Shown one piece after another: positions 38,718 through 48,970 of a stretch of 64,000 bases of DNA. Positions within the stretch are counted from its first letter, which is position 1; each line of letters begins with the position of its first letter. The notes beneath the pieces were generated by a model. That model made no database searches. It worked only from the letters and a program-made list of their open reading frames with translations, and was not told where the DNA came from. The DNA is from Candidatus Iainarchaeum sp. (GTDB lineage Archaea; Iainarchaeota; Iainarchaeia; Iainarchaeales; VGJJ01). A program made the translations under genes and the position numbers. The stretch is from positions 1,382 through 65,381 of the forward strand of contig JAZDJQ010000014.1 in the NCBI GenBank assembly GCA_043803765.1, read 5' to 3'.

Positions 38718-39725
38718 TCACAGGAAAATATTCCAATAGTTTTCAGTAAACTCTTTGGTAAGGAATGCGACGAGTTTTTCATAGGATTTGGGTGCTGATT
38801 TGAATAACTCGGCTTTATCGGCTTCCTGCAAGGTATCAATGTATATTGACCGGTTTTTTTGGCGAATAATGGTGGGGGGATACTTGTTTTTCAAAAGAAT
38901 GTAGTTGAATAGCATTCTCCCCGTTCTTCCATTCCCGTCCATGAACGGATGAATTTTTTCAAATTTGTGGTGGAGGAGGGTAGCTAAAACGAACGGGTGA
39001 AGTTTATTTTTGTTTTCCTGATACCACTCCAACAAGAGATTCATGTCAGTCTTAACAAAGGGTGCGGGGGTTGATTTGAAATTAGCTCTTGTTACACGCA
39101 CATCGTGTGCTCGATACCCTGTACGCGAATCAATATTTTTTAAGAGCCCTGAGTGAATCCTCACGATAAGATCGTGATTTAGCTCTTCAGTAGAATCCTT
39201 CATTTTTAGAAAAACTTTTTCGGTATTCTGCAGGTCGTAAATCTCTCGCAGACTCTTGTTTTTGGGAGTCAACCCTTCTTCCAATAGGTTTCGTGCCTCC
39301 GCCAGCGTGATCGTGTTACCTTCTATAGCCGCGGTGTTGAACGAGAACTCCACAATAAAGTTCTTCCAAACTTCTTCTTTGGTCAACGAATCCAGTTTTT
39401 CAAAATCGGAATGAAAATGAAGACGGCATGCTTCAATATCCTCCAGTTTTTCCTTCAAGTAGGGGTCGTGCTTTAATTTGAGGGACTTAGCCTTCTCCGT
39501 GAATCGGTTGGACTCCAAGAAGTTTTGGATGGTACGATGGGATTTGCGAATTTTCGCCTGTTGAGCAGGCAAATGTTCGAGTGCCTCTTTCGCTTCCGTA
39601 AGCGAAGTCCCTAAGTACGCGACATCCTTGACCATCAGCTTAGAGCCTTTTCTCTCTGAAACACGCAAGTAATAGTAAAACTTCCCGCCCACCTTTTTCT
39701 TGTAGAGATAAACCATACCAATCAA
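38718..39725 (-). CDS. Fic-family (AMPylation/filamentation) protein.
   Basis: Fic motif HPFMDGNGRTGR. Confidence 0.85.
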   Translation of the reverse strand: MIGMVYLYKKKVGGKFYYYLRVSERKGSKLMVKDVAYLGTSLTEAKEALEHLPAQQAKIRKSHRTIQNFLESNRFTEKAKSLKLKHDPYLKEKLEDIEACRLHFHSDFEKLDSLTKEEVWKNFIVEFSFNTAAIEGNTITLAEARNLLEEGLTPKNKSLREIYDLQNTEKVFLKMKDSTEELNHDLIVRIHSGLLKNIDSRTGYRAHDVRVTRANFKSTPAPFVKTDMNLLLEWYQENKNKLHPFVLATLLHHKFEKIHPFMDGNGRTGRMLFNYILLKNKYPPTIIRQKNRSIYIDTLQEADKAELFKSAPKSYEKLVAFLTKEFTENYWNIFL

Positions 39726-40042
39726 AGAGCATTAGCCAATATAAACATACCCTTTACAACATTAATTTTATAATGTAAAGGGTAAGTTATTTGAGTTAGA
39801 AGAAGATATTAACCCCTCGGCGTCATTTCTGTCATAAAGGGTTTGCGGGCTTCGCCCCCAGCGCTTTTAGTCCCTCGTGGGCACTTTCCTTAGGTGATTG
39901 GTTCAAAATCCCTTCGAGGAGAAAAATAGGATTAGAATGGTTTTTGCCCCTAGAGGGTAGTCTGGACAGAAAAAGCACTTTGTAAATCTTCACGGCGGAA
40001 CAGTTGGGTTGACCTTTTATTTAAAATAAAAGGGACTCATGC

Positions 40043-41092
40043 ATGTCGAGGCTATTATTGGATAAAGAAAATCGCAAGCTCCTTTTTGACATTCTAAAAA
40101 GGCATTACCGGATTTTGACAGTAAGACAATTAGCCGAAAAAATGGGTTTTAGTTATCAAACACTTAAAACGTGGCAAATGGGAAAATACCTTGTTCCGGC
40201 GAGAGCGATACCAAAGCATATTTTGAAAGCAATAAAAATAGATGAAATCAAAGCGGCAGATTGGGGAAAATTAAAGATACAAGAGATGCAAAAAAAAGAC
40301 CTGTTGTTTCTCCGGCGAGCAAAGATGCAGAAGAAAATAAAATTACTGCAGAATCACGCATATTCGTTCATGAACAGAAAGATAAAATTAGATAATGAAA
40401 CTGTTTTGTTCAGTCATCATGATCTTCGAAAGGGAGTCACGCTTCCTGTAGAAATGACTCCTGAACTAGCCGAAGAGATAGGAATGCATATTGGAGACGG
40501 CACGCTACCAGTCAAGAAATATAGTTATTCTCTTCGAGGGGATATCTTGGAGGAGGAGTATTATACAAATCATGTTCAACCGTTATATAAGAAAGTATTT
40601 GGGATCAAAACGCGATTATTGAAACGACCTCCTATTTGTGGGATAGAATTTGATTCCAAGGCCATTTACACATTCAAGAGTAGGGTGCTGGGATTGACAA
40701 TTGGGGAGAAAAAAGAATGTGTTTCTGTTCCGCGGGCGATTATGGATTCGGATAATCCAGATGTATACAAAGCATTTCTCCGTGGAATCGTTGATACGGA
40801 TGGTTGTTTCTATATGCCATCCACTAAACAGTATCCGCGCGTGGATATCTGTATCCTCTCAAGGCCATTAATCAGGGATATGGATTTGATTCTCAAACGA
40901 TTGGGATTTATGCCTTCCACCAGTTTCAAGTTTTGTACCATACGACTAAATGGGACGGTGCAGTTTCATAAGTGGATGAATGAAATCGGGTCAAAGAACC
41001 CAAAGCACTTAAAAAGGATTCACCAGATAAAATCTCTCATCCCATGGAAGGAAATCGTCAAAACAATTGAGAATTCTGCCCGTGTAGTGTAA
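40043..41092 (+). CDS. LAGLIDADG-type endonuclease-like protein with an N-terminal HTH domain. Its last 5 codons overlap the tRNA-Arg 5' end.
   Basis: LAEEIGMHIGDGTL (motif 1) and FLRGIVDTDGCF (motif 2). Confidence 0.55.
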   Translation: MSRLLLDKENRKLLFDILKRHYRILTVRQLAEKMGFSYQTLKTWQMGKYLVPARAIPKHILKAIKIDEIKAADWGKLKIQEMQKKDLLFLRRAKMQKKIKLLQNHAYSFMNRKIKLDNETVLFSHHDLRKGVTLPVEMTPELAEEIGMHIGDGTLPVKKYSYSLRGDILEEEYYTNHVQPLYKKVFGIKTRLLKRPPICGIEFDSKAIYTFKSRVLGLTIGEKKECVSVPRAIMDSDNPDVYKAFLRGIVDTDGCFYMPSTKQYPRVDICILSRPLIRDMDLILKRLGFMPSTSFKFCTIRLNGTVQFHKWMNEIGSKNPKHLKRIHQIKSLIPWKEIVKTIENSARVV

Positions 41093-41151
41093 TCTGGATA
41101 TCACACGGGTTTGCGGAACCCGTAATCTGGGTTCAAATCCCAGCACGGGTG
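41078..41151 (+). tRNA. tRNA-Arg (anticodon GCG).
   Basis: Manual fold: GCCCGTG-TA-GTGT-AATCTGGATA-TCAC-A-CGGGT-TTGCGGA-ACCCG-TAAT-CTGGG-TTCAAAT-CCCAG-CACGGGT-G. Confidence 0.6.
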
Positions 41152-41285
41152 CTTAGGGGGCTTCGGCCCCCATTTTTCTTTTGACTGGGCGTCTACTTTT
41201 CTTTTTCTCAAAAAGAAAAGGAGTGCGTTCCCGAATCCAAGCAGGGGTGCTTTTGACAAAAAAACGGTTGGATTTGCGCGTTCGT

Positions 41286-42386
41286 TTAGGTGGGTGTTTC
41301 TTCCGTGTGGGTGTAGGTTGGTTGCTGGGGTACGGTTGGTGGAGCACTCGATGGTAGCGTTTCGTATCCTCCTGTGTTGTCTTCTTTTTCATTCGTTGAG
41401 TCGGTGTTTTCGTTTTCGTATGTTTCGGATGGGATGAACAAATACAGGAGTGTTCCAAATACTGCGGATAATGGTTGTAGGATGAATGTTGCGATGAGAA
41501 TGAATAGCATTGTTCCCATGAATGCTGCGATTGCCCAGTAGAAGTCGTGCAGTGCTTTGTATCCTGGAACGCTTTTTTGTATTTGGCTGATTAATACATC
41601 GGTGTTTATTTTCTTTTGCTGTTCTTCTACTTGTGCGTCTATTTTGTCTTTGTAGTTTGGAGAATTCACGTTTTGTAGTGTTTGGTCCATGAGCGTGACA
41701 AATTGTATCACGTCCGGGTCGGTGCTATCGCGTAGTTGTGAAAAGGATTGGGTTTCCATCACTTGAACAAGGGTGTTTCGTTGGGTGGTGATGAGGAAAT
41801 CGGATGTGATGGTTTGTAGGTTTAGTTGTTGAACTATTTTCCCTTGGAATAACGCATCCTCGAATTGGGAGTAGAGGTTTTGGCTTTGGGGGATGGCAAC
41901 AATCGATAGTGTGACAAGTACTCCTATTCCGAGTATTTGCATTCCTCGTTGTGCTCCGGCGAAACTGGAGCGGAACACGACGAAATTTTTTAGTTCTAAT
42001 CGTTTCATTCGGCTGGTTTCAATCATGAGTGGAATCGCTCCAAAATAGAATAGGGCGAGCGGGTACCATTGTGCGAATTTTGAAAAGAGTATTGCCCCGA
42101 TCGCACATGCGATAATAGATGGAATGATAGTTCCTACGTACACGCGTCCTCTTTCGTCTTTGTCTGCGGTAGCGGTAATGAGTGAAATGGTGAGGGAGAA
42201 AAACAGTACGAATAATGCGAAGGGTAATGAGAGGATGAATCCAACCGATTGGATGTTTCCCACGCTTATGAGCAGCGTGTCAGGGGTTATTCCAAGTTGG
42301 TCGAGGAAGAATGCCCATGCAAGAGTGAATACGAGTATTCCTCCTGCTATGACTATTGTTTTGCGCGAGGCCCATTCTCCATTCAT
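41286..42386 (-). CDS. Polytopic integral membrane protein, function unknown.
   Basis: Multiple hydrophobic helices. C-terminal acidic, T/P-rich tail. Confidence 0.45.
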   Translation of the reverse strand: MNGEWASRKTIVIAGGILVFTLAWAFFLDQLGITPDTLLISVGNIQSVGFILSLPFALFVLFFSLTISLITATADKDERGRVYVGTIIPSIIACAIGAILFSKFAQWYPLALFYFGAIPLMIETSRMKRLELKNFVVFRSSFAGAQRGMQILGIGVLVTLSIVAIPQSQNLYSQFEDALFQGKIVQQLNLQTITSDFLITTQRNTLVQVMETQSFSQLRDSTDPDVIQFVTLMDQTLQNVNSPNYKDKIDAQVEEQQKKINTDVLISQIQKSVPGYKALHDFYWAIAAFMGTMLFILIATFILQPLSAVFGTLLYLFIPSETYENENTDSTNEKEDNTGGYETLPSSAPPTVPQQPTYTHTEETPT

Positions 42387-43291
42387 ACTAGACGGAGGAC
42401 TTTTTTATCGTTTATTAAGATGGTAGTCTCGAACTGGGAAACGATGGCTCCTTTCTTTTCTTGTAACACCGGATGGGGAGTTAGTGCTCCGAATTTTACG
42501 AGTTCTCGCAGGGCGATTTTTCGTTGAAAGGAAGTTATTTTCATGTCTCGTGCAATCCATCGTTCAGCGAATGGTAATCCATCGTATGTTTCGGCGCAGA
42601 AATCATATAGTTTTCGTGCGATGGGATTCCGCACCGTGTTTGTTTTTTCGTTTACTTCGAAAATGTCCACTCGGCTTCCTTCGCTGATACGGCCGGTCCC
42701 TTGGATGGAAGCAAATGGTTCGAGTGCGTAGGCGTGATTATCTTCTAATACGGTGGATTCTCCTGTTTCGATATTGGGAATGGTGGGAGAGCAGTGTGCA
42801 TGGTATTGGTCGACTCCATGCCCGGATAGATTGTGAATGGGGTCTACTTTTCGTTCTTTGAGTTTTTTTTGGATTGCTTTTCCAATATCTGAAACGAATG
42901 CTCCTTCTTTGACTTGTGTGAATCCTTCTTCGAGTGCTTCTTTTGTTGCCTCGAGAAGGTTTTTCACTTCGTTTTTTTTGGAAAAATCGAGTGTGATGGC
43001 CGCGTCAACGATGTATCCTTTTTGGTGCACTCCGATGTCTACTTTTAATACGTCTCCTTTTTCGACTCGTGTGTCATCTTCTTCGCTTGGCGTGTAGTGC
43101 GCAGCTAATTCGTTAAGTGAAAGATTGAGCGGGAATGCTATTCCGCACCCGTTTTTTTTCATGAGGGGTTCTATTTCTTCTGCGATATCCAATAATTTCA
43201 TTCCGGGTTGGATGAATTCTTCTGCTCGTTTTCGGCATAGTGCGTGTACTTTTGCTGCCGTTTGGTAGTGTTCGACAATGGAATGTTCCAT
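42383..43291 (-). CDS. map: Methionine aminopeptidase, type 2 (archaeal).
   Basis: DVLKVDIGVHQKGYIVDAAIT, NLSGHGVDQYHAH, and metal-ligand motifs. Confidence 0.85.
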   Translation of the reverse strand: MEHSIVEHYQTAAKVHALCRKRAEEFIQPGMKLLDIAEEIEPLMKKNGCGIAFPLNLSLNELAAHYTPSEEDDTRVEKGDVLKVDIGVHQKGYIVDAAITLDFSKKNEVKNLLEATKEALEEGFTQVKEGAFVSDIGKAIQKKLKERKVDPIHNLSGHGVDQYHAHCSPTIPNIETGESTVLEDNHAYALEPFASIQGTGRISEGSRVDIFEVNEKTNTVRNPIARKLYDFCAETYDGLPFAERWIARDMKITSFQRKIALRELVKFGALTPHPVLQEKKGAIVSQFETTILINDKKVLRLV

Positions 43292-43347
43292 ACGTATGAA
43301 AAAGTGTCCAAAAGGTTAATTAATCCGCAAGGCGAGTCAAGGATACG

Positions 43348-43755
43348 ATGAAACCTCGTAGGTCTAATCCTTCTCCAAGGAAGAGAACTCTTCTGCCCAA
43401 GCGAAAGCAGGAATATATTCGGTCGTTTAAACGAGCGTTAGAATCTCACATGAAATCCGTTGAGGAAATGGAAGAATACAATCGTATTCCTTCCCAGAAA
43501 CGAAAAAGCCCGGGGCGGTATACTCGGAGTCGTTCGCAATGGGCGGAATGGAAAAAATCCGCTCATATTGCTAATGCTATTAGACGGGAGTTAACATCAA
43601 AGTATGGGAAAGAATTGTTTTCAATGTGGGAGAAATCCCATAAAAGCCCTGCGCGTGCATTCCTTCAATCGGTTGATAACGAGTTGAGAGTATTGAAAAA
43701 GGAAATTCCTGAAGCAAAAACAATGATTCCAAAATGGATAAGCGTGGTTGAGTAA
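43348..43755 (+). CDS. Hypothetical basic protein.
   Basis: ORF only. Confidence 0.3.
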   Translation: MKPRRSNPSPRKRTLLPKRKQEYIRSFKRALESHMKSVEEMEEYNRIPSQKRKSPGRYTRSRSQWAEWKKSAHIANAIRRELTSKYGKELFSMWEKSHKSPARAFLQSVDNELRVLKKEIPEAKTMIPKWISVVE

Positions 43756-43893
43756 AAAAAATAGTATTCTAGAACCCCAGCGCCCTCTTACAGTGATGGA
43801 GCAGGCAGCTGATTTGCTTTATTTGGCTCGTTGCCGGAGGCGGATGGAACAGGAGGATAGAGAAATGGTATTAGCGAATATTCCGCATTGATT

Positions 43894-46332
43894 TTAGGCA
43901 AATGCCCCTAATCCTGTTTGTTTTCCCCCTCGTTCCAAATCCGTGGTATCATATCCTAGTTCTAGGAATATTTTTTTGATAGCAGGAAGTATTTGGTTGT
44001 GGACATAGTATTCCGCGTCATAGTCTCCTTCTTTTACGAATTCTTCTAATTCTGCTTTGTCGGAGATGCTTTTTCCTGTTTGGGTGATAATGTATCCGAG
44101 GAGTTGGCCTACTTTTATTTCTTTTCCTCTTTTTTGTGCTTTTAGTGCTGCGGCTACGTGCGGTCCGATTGAAGTATAGGATTCGGGTTTTCGTTGCAAT
44201 TGTGTTAGCACCACCAGTTCTTTTTTTGGAACTTTTCCTGCACGGAGTTGAATAATAACATCGAATACAATGCGATGGGCGTTCTCGGGTTTTCCATTTA
44301 TGAGTATTTCGTATAATACTTTTTTTTGTGTTTCTCTTGCAATGAGTGAATGGTCTCGTCGTACATACTCAAATCCTACTATCGTGAGGTGGTGGTCATA
44401 ATCTGCCAGCGCGTATCTTTTTTTGGCGGCGCGTCCTTCTTTTTTGGTAACAAAGAGTCCTCGTTTATAGAGTCCTTCGAATTCTAATTCCATTCTTCCG
44501 GGTAGTTTTTTGTTCACGTTCTCGACGAATTTTTTGATGTCGGTTTCTTTTTGGGCTGGGTTTAGTAATAGGAATGCTGAATCCGAGTCAGCGTAAAGTG
44601 GAGAATATCCTTCTTTCTCTGCCCATTGTAGTGTTTGGTGGATGTAGTGCCGTGCCCATGCGGTGATGGCTCGGGCGCTTTCTCTTGAATACCATCGGAA
44701 TCGGGGATAGGCGAGTGTTCCAAAAAACGAGTTGAGTAGTATTTTCAGTGCTTGTTTTCTTCCTTTAAGAAAGGGGAGTTGTGGGTCATTTTGGGGTGTT
44801 TCGTCTATTTTTTTTTGTACGGCGATTCGTGCGTCGAGTATTCGTTCTAATACGATGGTGAATAATCCTTTTTGTTTTGTGCAAAACCAGTGTTCGGTAG
44901 GAGAAAGGTTGGCTCCTTTTTTGCATGCAGGATGCTTGCAATCCAGTGTTTCGGGTGAAATGTTGTGGGATATCATGATGCTGGGGTACATGGAGCGGAA
45001 ATCGAGTACGGCTAAATGCGTGTGTAATCCTGCCACGGGTTCTTTGACGTATCCTCCTTCGATTGGGTTTTGTAATCGTCCTTGTACTTGGGAATCGGTT
45101 GGGGGTTGCGGGAAAATCTGTTGGAGGCGTGCGCTTTCGTTCATGAGAATGGTTTCGACTAGTTGGGAGGCGGTGCTTCGCGAAACATCGTATAAGGGCA
45201 AATGTACTAGTCGGCTGAGTTCCAGTAATAGGGGTAGAAATTCGTCCCCTAAACGTTGAGTGTATTCGGCATCGGTGAGATTGTATTTGGCCAGTTTGTC
45301 TAATCCTTTTTGCGTGTTCCATGTTTCCCATATTTGGGAATGATTGAGTGTTTTTTCTCCTTCTCCAAATACGGTTCGCATGACGCTTTCCAAGTCAAGT
45401 TTGGGTGATTTTAGTACTTGAAAGCGTGTTAATAGTTTCATGAGCTGTAACACGTCGATATGTTGTATTCCTTGGAGTCGTGCATATTTGTTTGCTCCTC
45501 GTGTAATAAGTTGAACGTTTCCAAAACCAAATAGTGGGGTTATTCCTGCATGTTTGGCGCGTTCATGAATGAAAGGGAAGTCGAATCCATCTCCATAATA
45601 CGTGTAGAGAATGTCCACGTCTCCTAGTGAAAGGAATGTAAAAAATTGGTTGAGTATTGCTGATTCGTTTCCGCATCCAACCGTGTAGGCGTTGTGGTAG
45701 TCGTTTGCCATGAATACTTTTTTTCCTGCGGGAGTTGTTGCTGCAATGGAAATGATTTCGTTTTTTTCGGGTGTGGGGATTTTTCCCGTGCCATATGTTT
45801 CGATGTCGAATGCTCCTGTGCGAAAAACGTAGGGAGAAGCGTCTGTTTGTGTAATCGTGTTAATCGTTCCTTCTTGGGTGAGGGTGATGGTTACTCCTTC
45901 CGTAGGAGTGAGTTGTTTGTCGAGGAGATACCGTTTAGTATAGGGGATGTTGGCTTCGCACACGTTGTGTGTGAAAGGATAATGGAGGATTTCTTCCCTT
46001 GCACGCAGGAGGTCTTCAATTGTGGAAAAGGAAAAGCGCAGATAGGAGTGCATTTCTCGCTCCACGAATTCTATCTGAATAGGCTTGGTTCCGCCGATGT
46101 GGGTTTCTTCTTTGAGCTGTTTGACGAGTGTTTTTCCATTCGTTGAGGGGACTAATTCCACATAGAAATAAGGTGAAAATCCTTCATCGGTGAGGCAAAT
46201 GACATTGGATTCTTCATTGGAAGAGGAGGGGATTTGTCGCCGTACATATACGTCAATAACACTCTTTCCTTTGCTTTCACGCGTCTGAACGTCAAGGAGT
46301 ACCCCTTTGAGGCATGTTGGAGTGGGGGGCAT
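43894..46332 (-). CDS. polB: DNA polymerase, family B.
   Basis: Exo I FDIETYG; Exo II YNLTD.EY/FDFPF; Pol motif A DFRSMYPSIM; motif C LYADSDS. Confidence 0.9.
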   Translation of the reverse strand: MPPTPTCLKGVLLDVQTRESKGKSVIDVYVRRQIPSSSNEESNVICLTDEGFSPYFYVELVPSTNGKTLVKQLKEETHIGGTKPIQIEFVEREMHSYLRFSFSTIEDLLRAREEILHYPFTHNVCEANIPYTKRYLLDKQLTPTEGVTITLTQEGTINTITQTDASPYVFRTGAFDIETYGTGKIPTPEKNEIISIAATTPAGKKVFMANDYHNAYTVGCGNESAILNQFFTFLSLGDVDILYTYYGDGFDFPFIHERAKHAGITPLFGFGNVQLITRGANKYARLQGIQHIDVLQLMKLLTRFQVLKSPKLDLESVMRTVFGEGEKTLNHSQIWETWNTQKGLDKLAKYNLTDAEYTQRLGDEFLPLLLELSRLVHLPLYDVSRSTASQLVETILMNESARLQQIFPQPPTDSQVQGRLQNPIEGGYVKEPVAGLHTHLAVLDFRSMYPSIMISHNISPETLDCKHPACKKGANLSPTEHWFCTKQKGLFTIVLERILDARIAVQKKIDETPQNDPQLPFLKGRKQALKILLNSFFGTLAYPRFRWYSRESARAITAWARHYIHQTLQWAEKEGYSPLYADSDSAFLLLNPAQKETDIKKFVENVNKKLPGRMELEFEGLYKRGLFVTKKEGRAAKKRYALADYDHHLTIVGFEYVRRDHSLIARETQKKVLYEILINGKPENAHRIVFDVIIQLRAGKVPKKELVVLTQLQRKPESYTSIGPHVAAALKAQKRGKEIKVGQLLGYIITQTGKSISDKAELEEFVKEGDYDAEYYVHNQILPAIKKIFLELGYDTTDLERGGKQTGLGAFA

Positions 46333-46367
46333 AGCCTTTTTTTAAGGGCCAAAGCCTCTTTTAATCC

Positions 46368-46817
46368 ATGCCCGTACCCTCTCCTAATTCATCATCTGCT
46401 CCTTCTCAAAAGGGTGGCGAATATGTCTTTACACTTAATCGGGATGTGAAGGCGTTGAATGCGGCCGTCATGGTGATGATGCAGAAGATTAAACTCCTTG
46501 TTCGGAATGAGAAAATATTGGGGCGTAATCTTATTGTTCTAAATAAGAGGGTTCGTGACATTCAGATGCAGGCGGGGGCAAATGGCAATCAGGAAATGTC
46601 CGATTCGGTAAGGGAAACAATAGATGAATTGGCAACCGGCATGCGTGCGGTTTCTCAGCGGTTAGTTGAATTAGAATCTAAGTTGGATGAGTTGTCTCGT
46701 CAGTCGGCTAAAGCGGAGGATGTGAAAGAAATAAAGTATGTGGTGGACACAATGAATCCATTGCATTTTGTTACGATTGAACAGGCCAATGAAATGATTG
46801 GAAAAAACAGGAAGTAG
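46368..46817 (+). CDS. Hypothetical coiled-coil protein.
   Basis: ORF only. Confidence 0.3.
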   Translation: MPVPSPNSSSAPSQKGGEYVFTLNRDVKALNAAVMVMMQKIKLLVRNEKILGRNLIVLNKRVRDIQMQAGANGNQEMSDSVRETIDELATGMRAVSQRLVELESKLDELSRQSAKAEDVKEIKYVVDTMNPLHFVTIEQANEMIGKNRK

Positions 46818-46824
46818 TAGGAGC

Positions 46825-47430
46825 ATGGTCCTAAAAATAACCGCTATTATTTTTGATTGGGGCGGGGTACTATCGAGTAAGTCTGCGTTGAGGGATTTTT
46901 TGAAAGAGTATGCCAAGCAACATGGAGTGAATCCTATTGAGTTAGAAGAAAAGATTATGAATGCTTTTCAGGAAGCAAAGGTGGGCAAAATGACCTCTGA
47001 GGATTTTTATGGTGTTATTGCCAAAATGACAAAGACGAAACCGGCCGACATCCATGATTCGTTTCAATCGTTTTTTAGAAGCAATTATGATAGCATTGAA
47101 TTGGCTCGCATTCTCAAGAAGAGGTACAAGGTAGCCTTGTTAACGAACAATATTGGGATTTGGATAGAATCCGCGCTTCATAAAAACAAACTAACCGACT
47201 TTTTTGATGTGGTCATTTCCTCTCATTCGGTTAAGATGGCTAAACCAAATCCTGAAATTTACCATGAGATCCTTCGCGCACTCGGAGTCTCTAGTGCGGA
47301 ATGCGTATTCATTGATGATAAACAAAAAAATGTGGATACGGCTAATAGCATGGGAATGCACGGCATCACATTCACGTCAACGGCTCAACTCAAGCGGGAC
47401 TTAGAAAAGTTGGGTGTGACTACGACATAA
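46825..47430 (+). CDS. HAD-superfamily hydrolase.
   Basis: Motif I IIFDWGGVL. C-terminal FIDDKQKNVDTANSMGM (motif IV). Confidence 0.7.
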   Translation: MVLKITAIIFDWGGVLSSKSALRDFLKEYAKQHGVNPIELEEKIMNAFQEAKVGKMTSEDFYGVIAKMTKTKPADIHDSFQSFFRSNYDSIELARILKKRYKVALLTNNIGIWIESALHKNKLTDFFDVVISSHSVKMAKPNPEIYHEILRALGVSSAECVFIDDKQKNVDTANSMGMHGITFTSTAQLKRDLEKLGVTTT

Positions 47431-48970
47431 AAAAGTCCTTAATTACCGGTTGAGAGTACGTGTCTCGGATGTTCACGCGGTAATTTTTTCTTCCTGCTAG
47501 TGTTACGGCGGCTTCCCTTCCGGCTACTACACTTAGTTTGGCGTCTAATATCCCTAATAGTCCTTTTGGAATATCGGCTTCTTGTGCGGAGGATACTAGG
47601 AATCCGACATCTTGATTTACGCTTAATGTGAGAAGCCGTTCAATTTCTTTTCCTATAATGGTTGCGTGTAGGTCATTGAATAGTTTTCCTGCTTCTGGAA
47701 TGAGGATGAATGTTTTTACTCTGCCGGATACTCCTTTGCGGGAGTACATTTCGTATATTCCTTTTAGTACGGCATGAATGAGTATTTTTTGCAGTTTGGG
47801 TGCGACGTTTTTCAATCGTAATACTCCTACTCGTCCAATGGATTGGAACCATGATTTGCTTATTTCTTCCGTTGGATTGATTCCATTGAACAATCCGGGG
47901 TAGATTTGGTTGAGTAGGGTGAATATTCTTCCTATGCTTCCCATTTGGAATGCATTGAATGTTTGGGATGGGGGTAGTTGTCTTAGAATCCCGTGTATTT
48001 CGTCTACTGAACTTACGTGATGTTCTCGTAAGAATTCGATTAGCCGGTTTCCTAATTCCGTGTGAGATAGTCCGAGTGCTTCGGTTAATCCTTCTGGGTG
48101 GACTTGGGATAAGTCTATTTTTAGGTTTTCGGGTGGAACAAACTCTTTGAGTGGAAATCCGATTGGGTCTCCTTCGATTTTTTGTTCTCGTAATCGTTGA
48201 GTATTGGGATTGGGGCTTCGCATGACCGAATATTCGTTTTCCCAATCCACGATGACGAGGGGGATGTTTGAAAATAGGGCTCCTTCTCCTATGATTTGGA
48301 GGATGTGTTTTCGATGTTCTGCACGTGCGTTGAATATTCCTGTTTTTTTGAAGAATGATATGGGTTCTTTTACAACAAGGTTGTTTCCCGTTATTCCCAG
48401 TACGAATTCTCCGGGCATTGCCCCCATGTGTCCGGATGCGGTAGCAGCAGCCAGCACTCCTTGGTCGGCATTCTCCACGAAATGGGCATTTGTGGTAATA
48501 CTCGTATAGAGTAATGGCATGGAGAAGAATGCTTCGGCGATAGAGGGGGGATTTTCATTCATGGGTTTAAGTGTAATATCGTATGCTTTTCCTACTTCTT
48601 GGAGTAATCCTGCTCCCATGTCCAGTTTTTTGAGAAGAATATCCGTCTGTTCAAGTACAATTCCTTCTTCCCATACTACGGAAATAGGGGTGCTGCCTAA
48701 TAGCAGGAATGAAGATGTTTCTCCGGGCGAGTGTTTCGTTAGTAGAAGTATCTCTCTTGGTAGTGTTTGAATGAATCCGTTTACATCCCCCGTAGCATAG
48801 TAGGGGTGGTAGAATTCGCACGTTGCATGGGTATAGTTTCCATTTTCCTTTTGTAAAAGTTGTACAAATAGTGTTTTCTGGGGATTGAGGTATATTTCCA
48901 TCTCCCTCTCTTTGACGGTTCCTTTTAGGAGTAATGTCCATGGTCCTTGCGCGATTTTGAATAATGGCAT
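47420..48970 (-). CDS. Conserved hypothetical protein (516 aa).
   Basis: Long ORF with no confident motif. Confidence 0.35.
   Translation of the reverse strand: MPLFKIAQGPWTLLLKGTVKEREMEIYLNPQKTLFVQLLQKENGNYTHATCEFYHPYYATGDVNGFIQTLPREILLLTKHSPGETSSFLLLGSTPISVVWEEGIVLEQTDILLKKLDMGAGLLQEVGKAYDITLKPMNENPPSIAEAFFSMPLLYTSITTNAHFVENADQGVLAAATASGHMGAMPGEFVLGITGNNLVVKEPISFFKKTGIFNARAEHRKHILQIIGEGALFSNIPLVIVDWENEYSVMRSPNPNTQRLREQKIEGDPIGFPLKEFVPPENLKIDLSQVHPEGLTEALGLSHTELGNRLIEFLREHHVSSVDEIHGILRQLPPSQTFNAFQMGSIGRIFTLLNQIYPGLFNGINPTEEISKSWFQSIGRVGVLRLKNVAPKLQKILIHAVLKGIYEMYSRKGVSGRVKTFILIPEAGKLFNDLHATIIGKEIERLLTLSVNQDVGFLVSSAQEADIPKGLLGILDAKLSVVAGREAAVTLAGRKNYRVNIRDTYSQPVIKDFFMS

Noticed and set aside
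41153-41458. 101-aa minus-strand ORF rich in K/R/T/P.
   Set aside because: It overlaps the C-terminal tail of the 41286-42386 membrane protein in another frame and has biased composition. Spurious.
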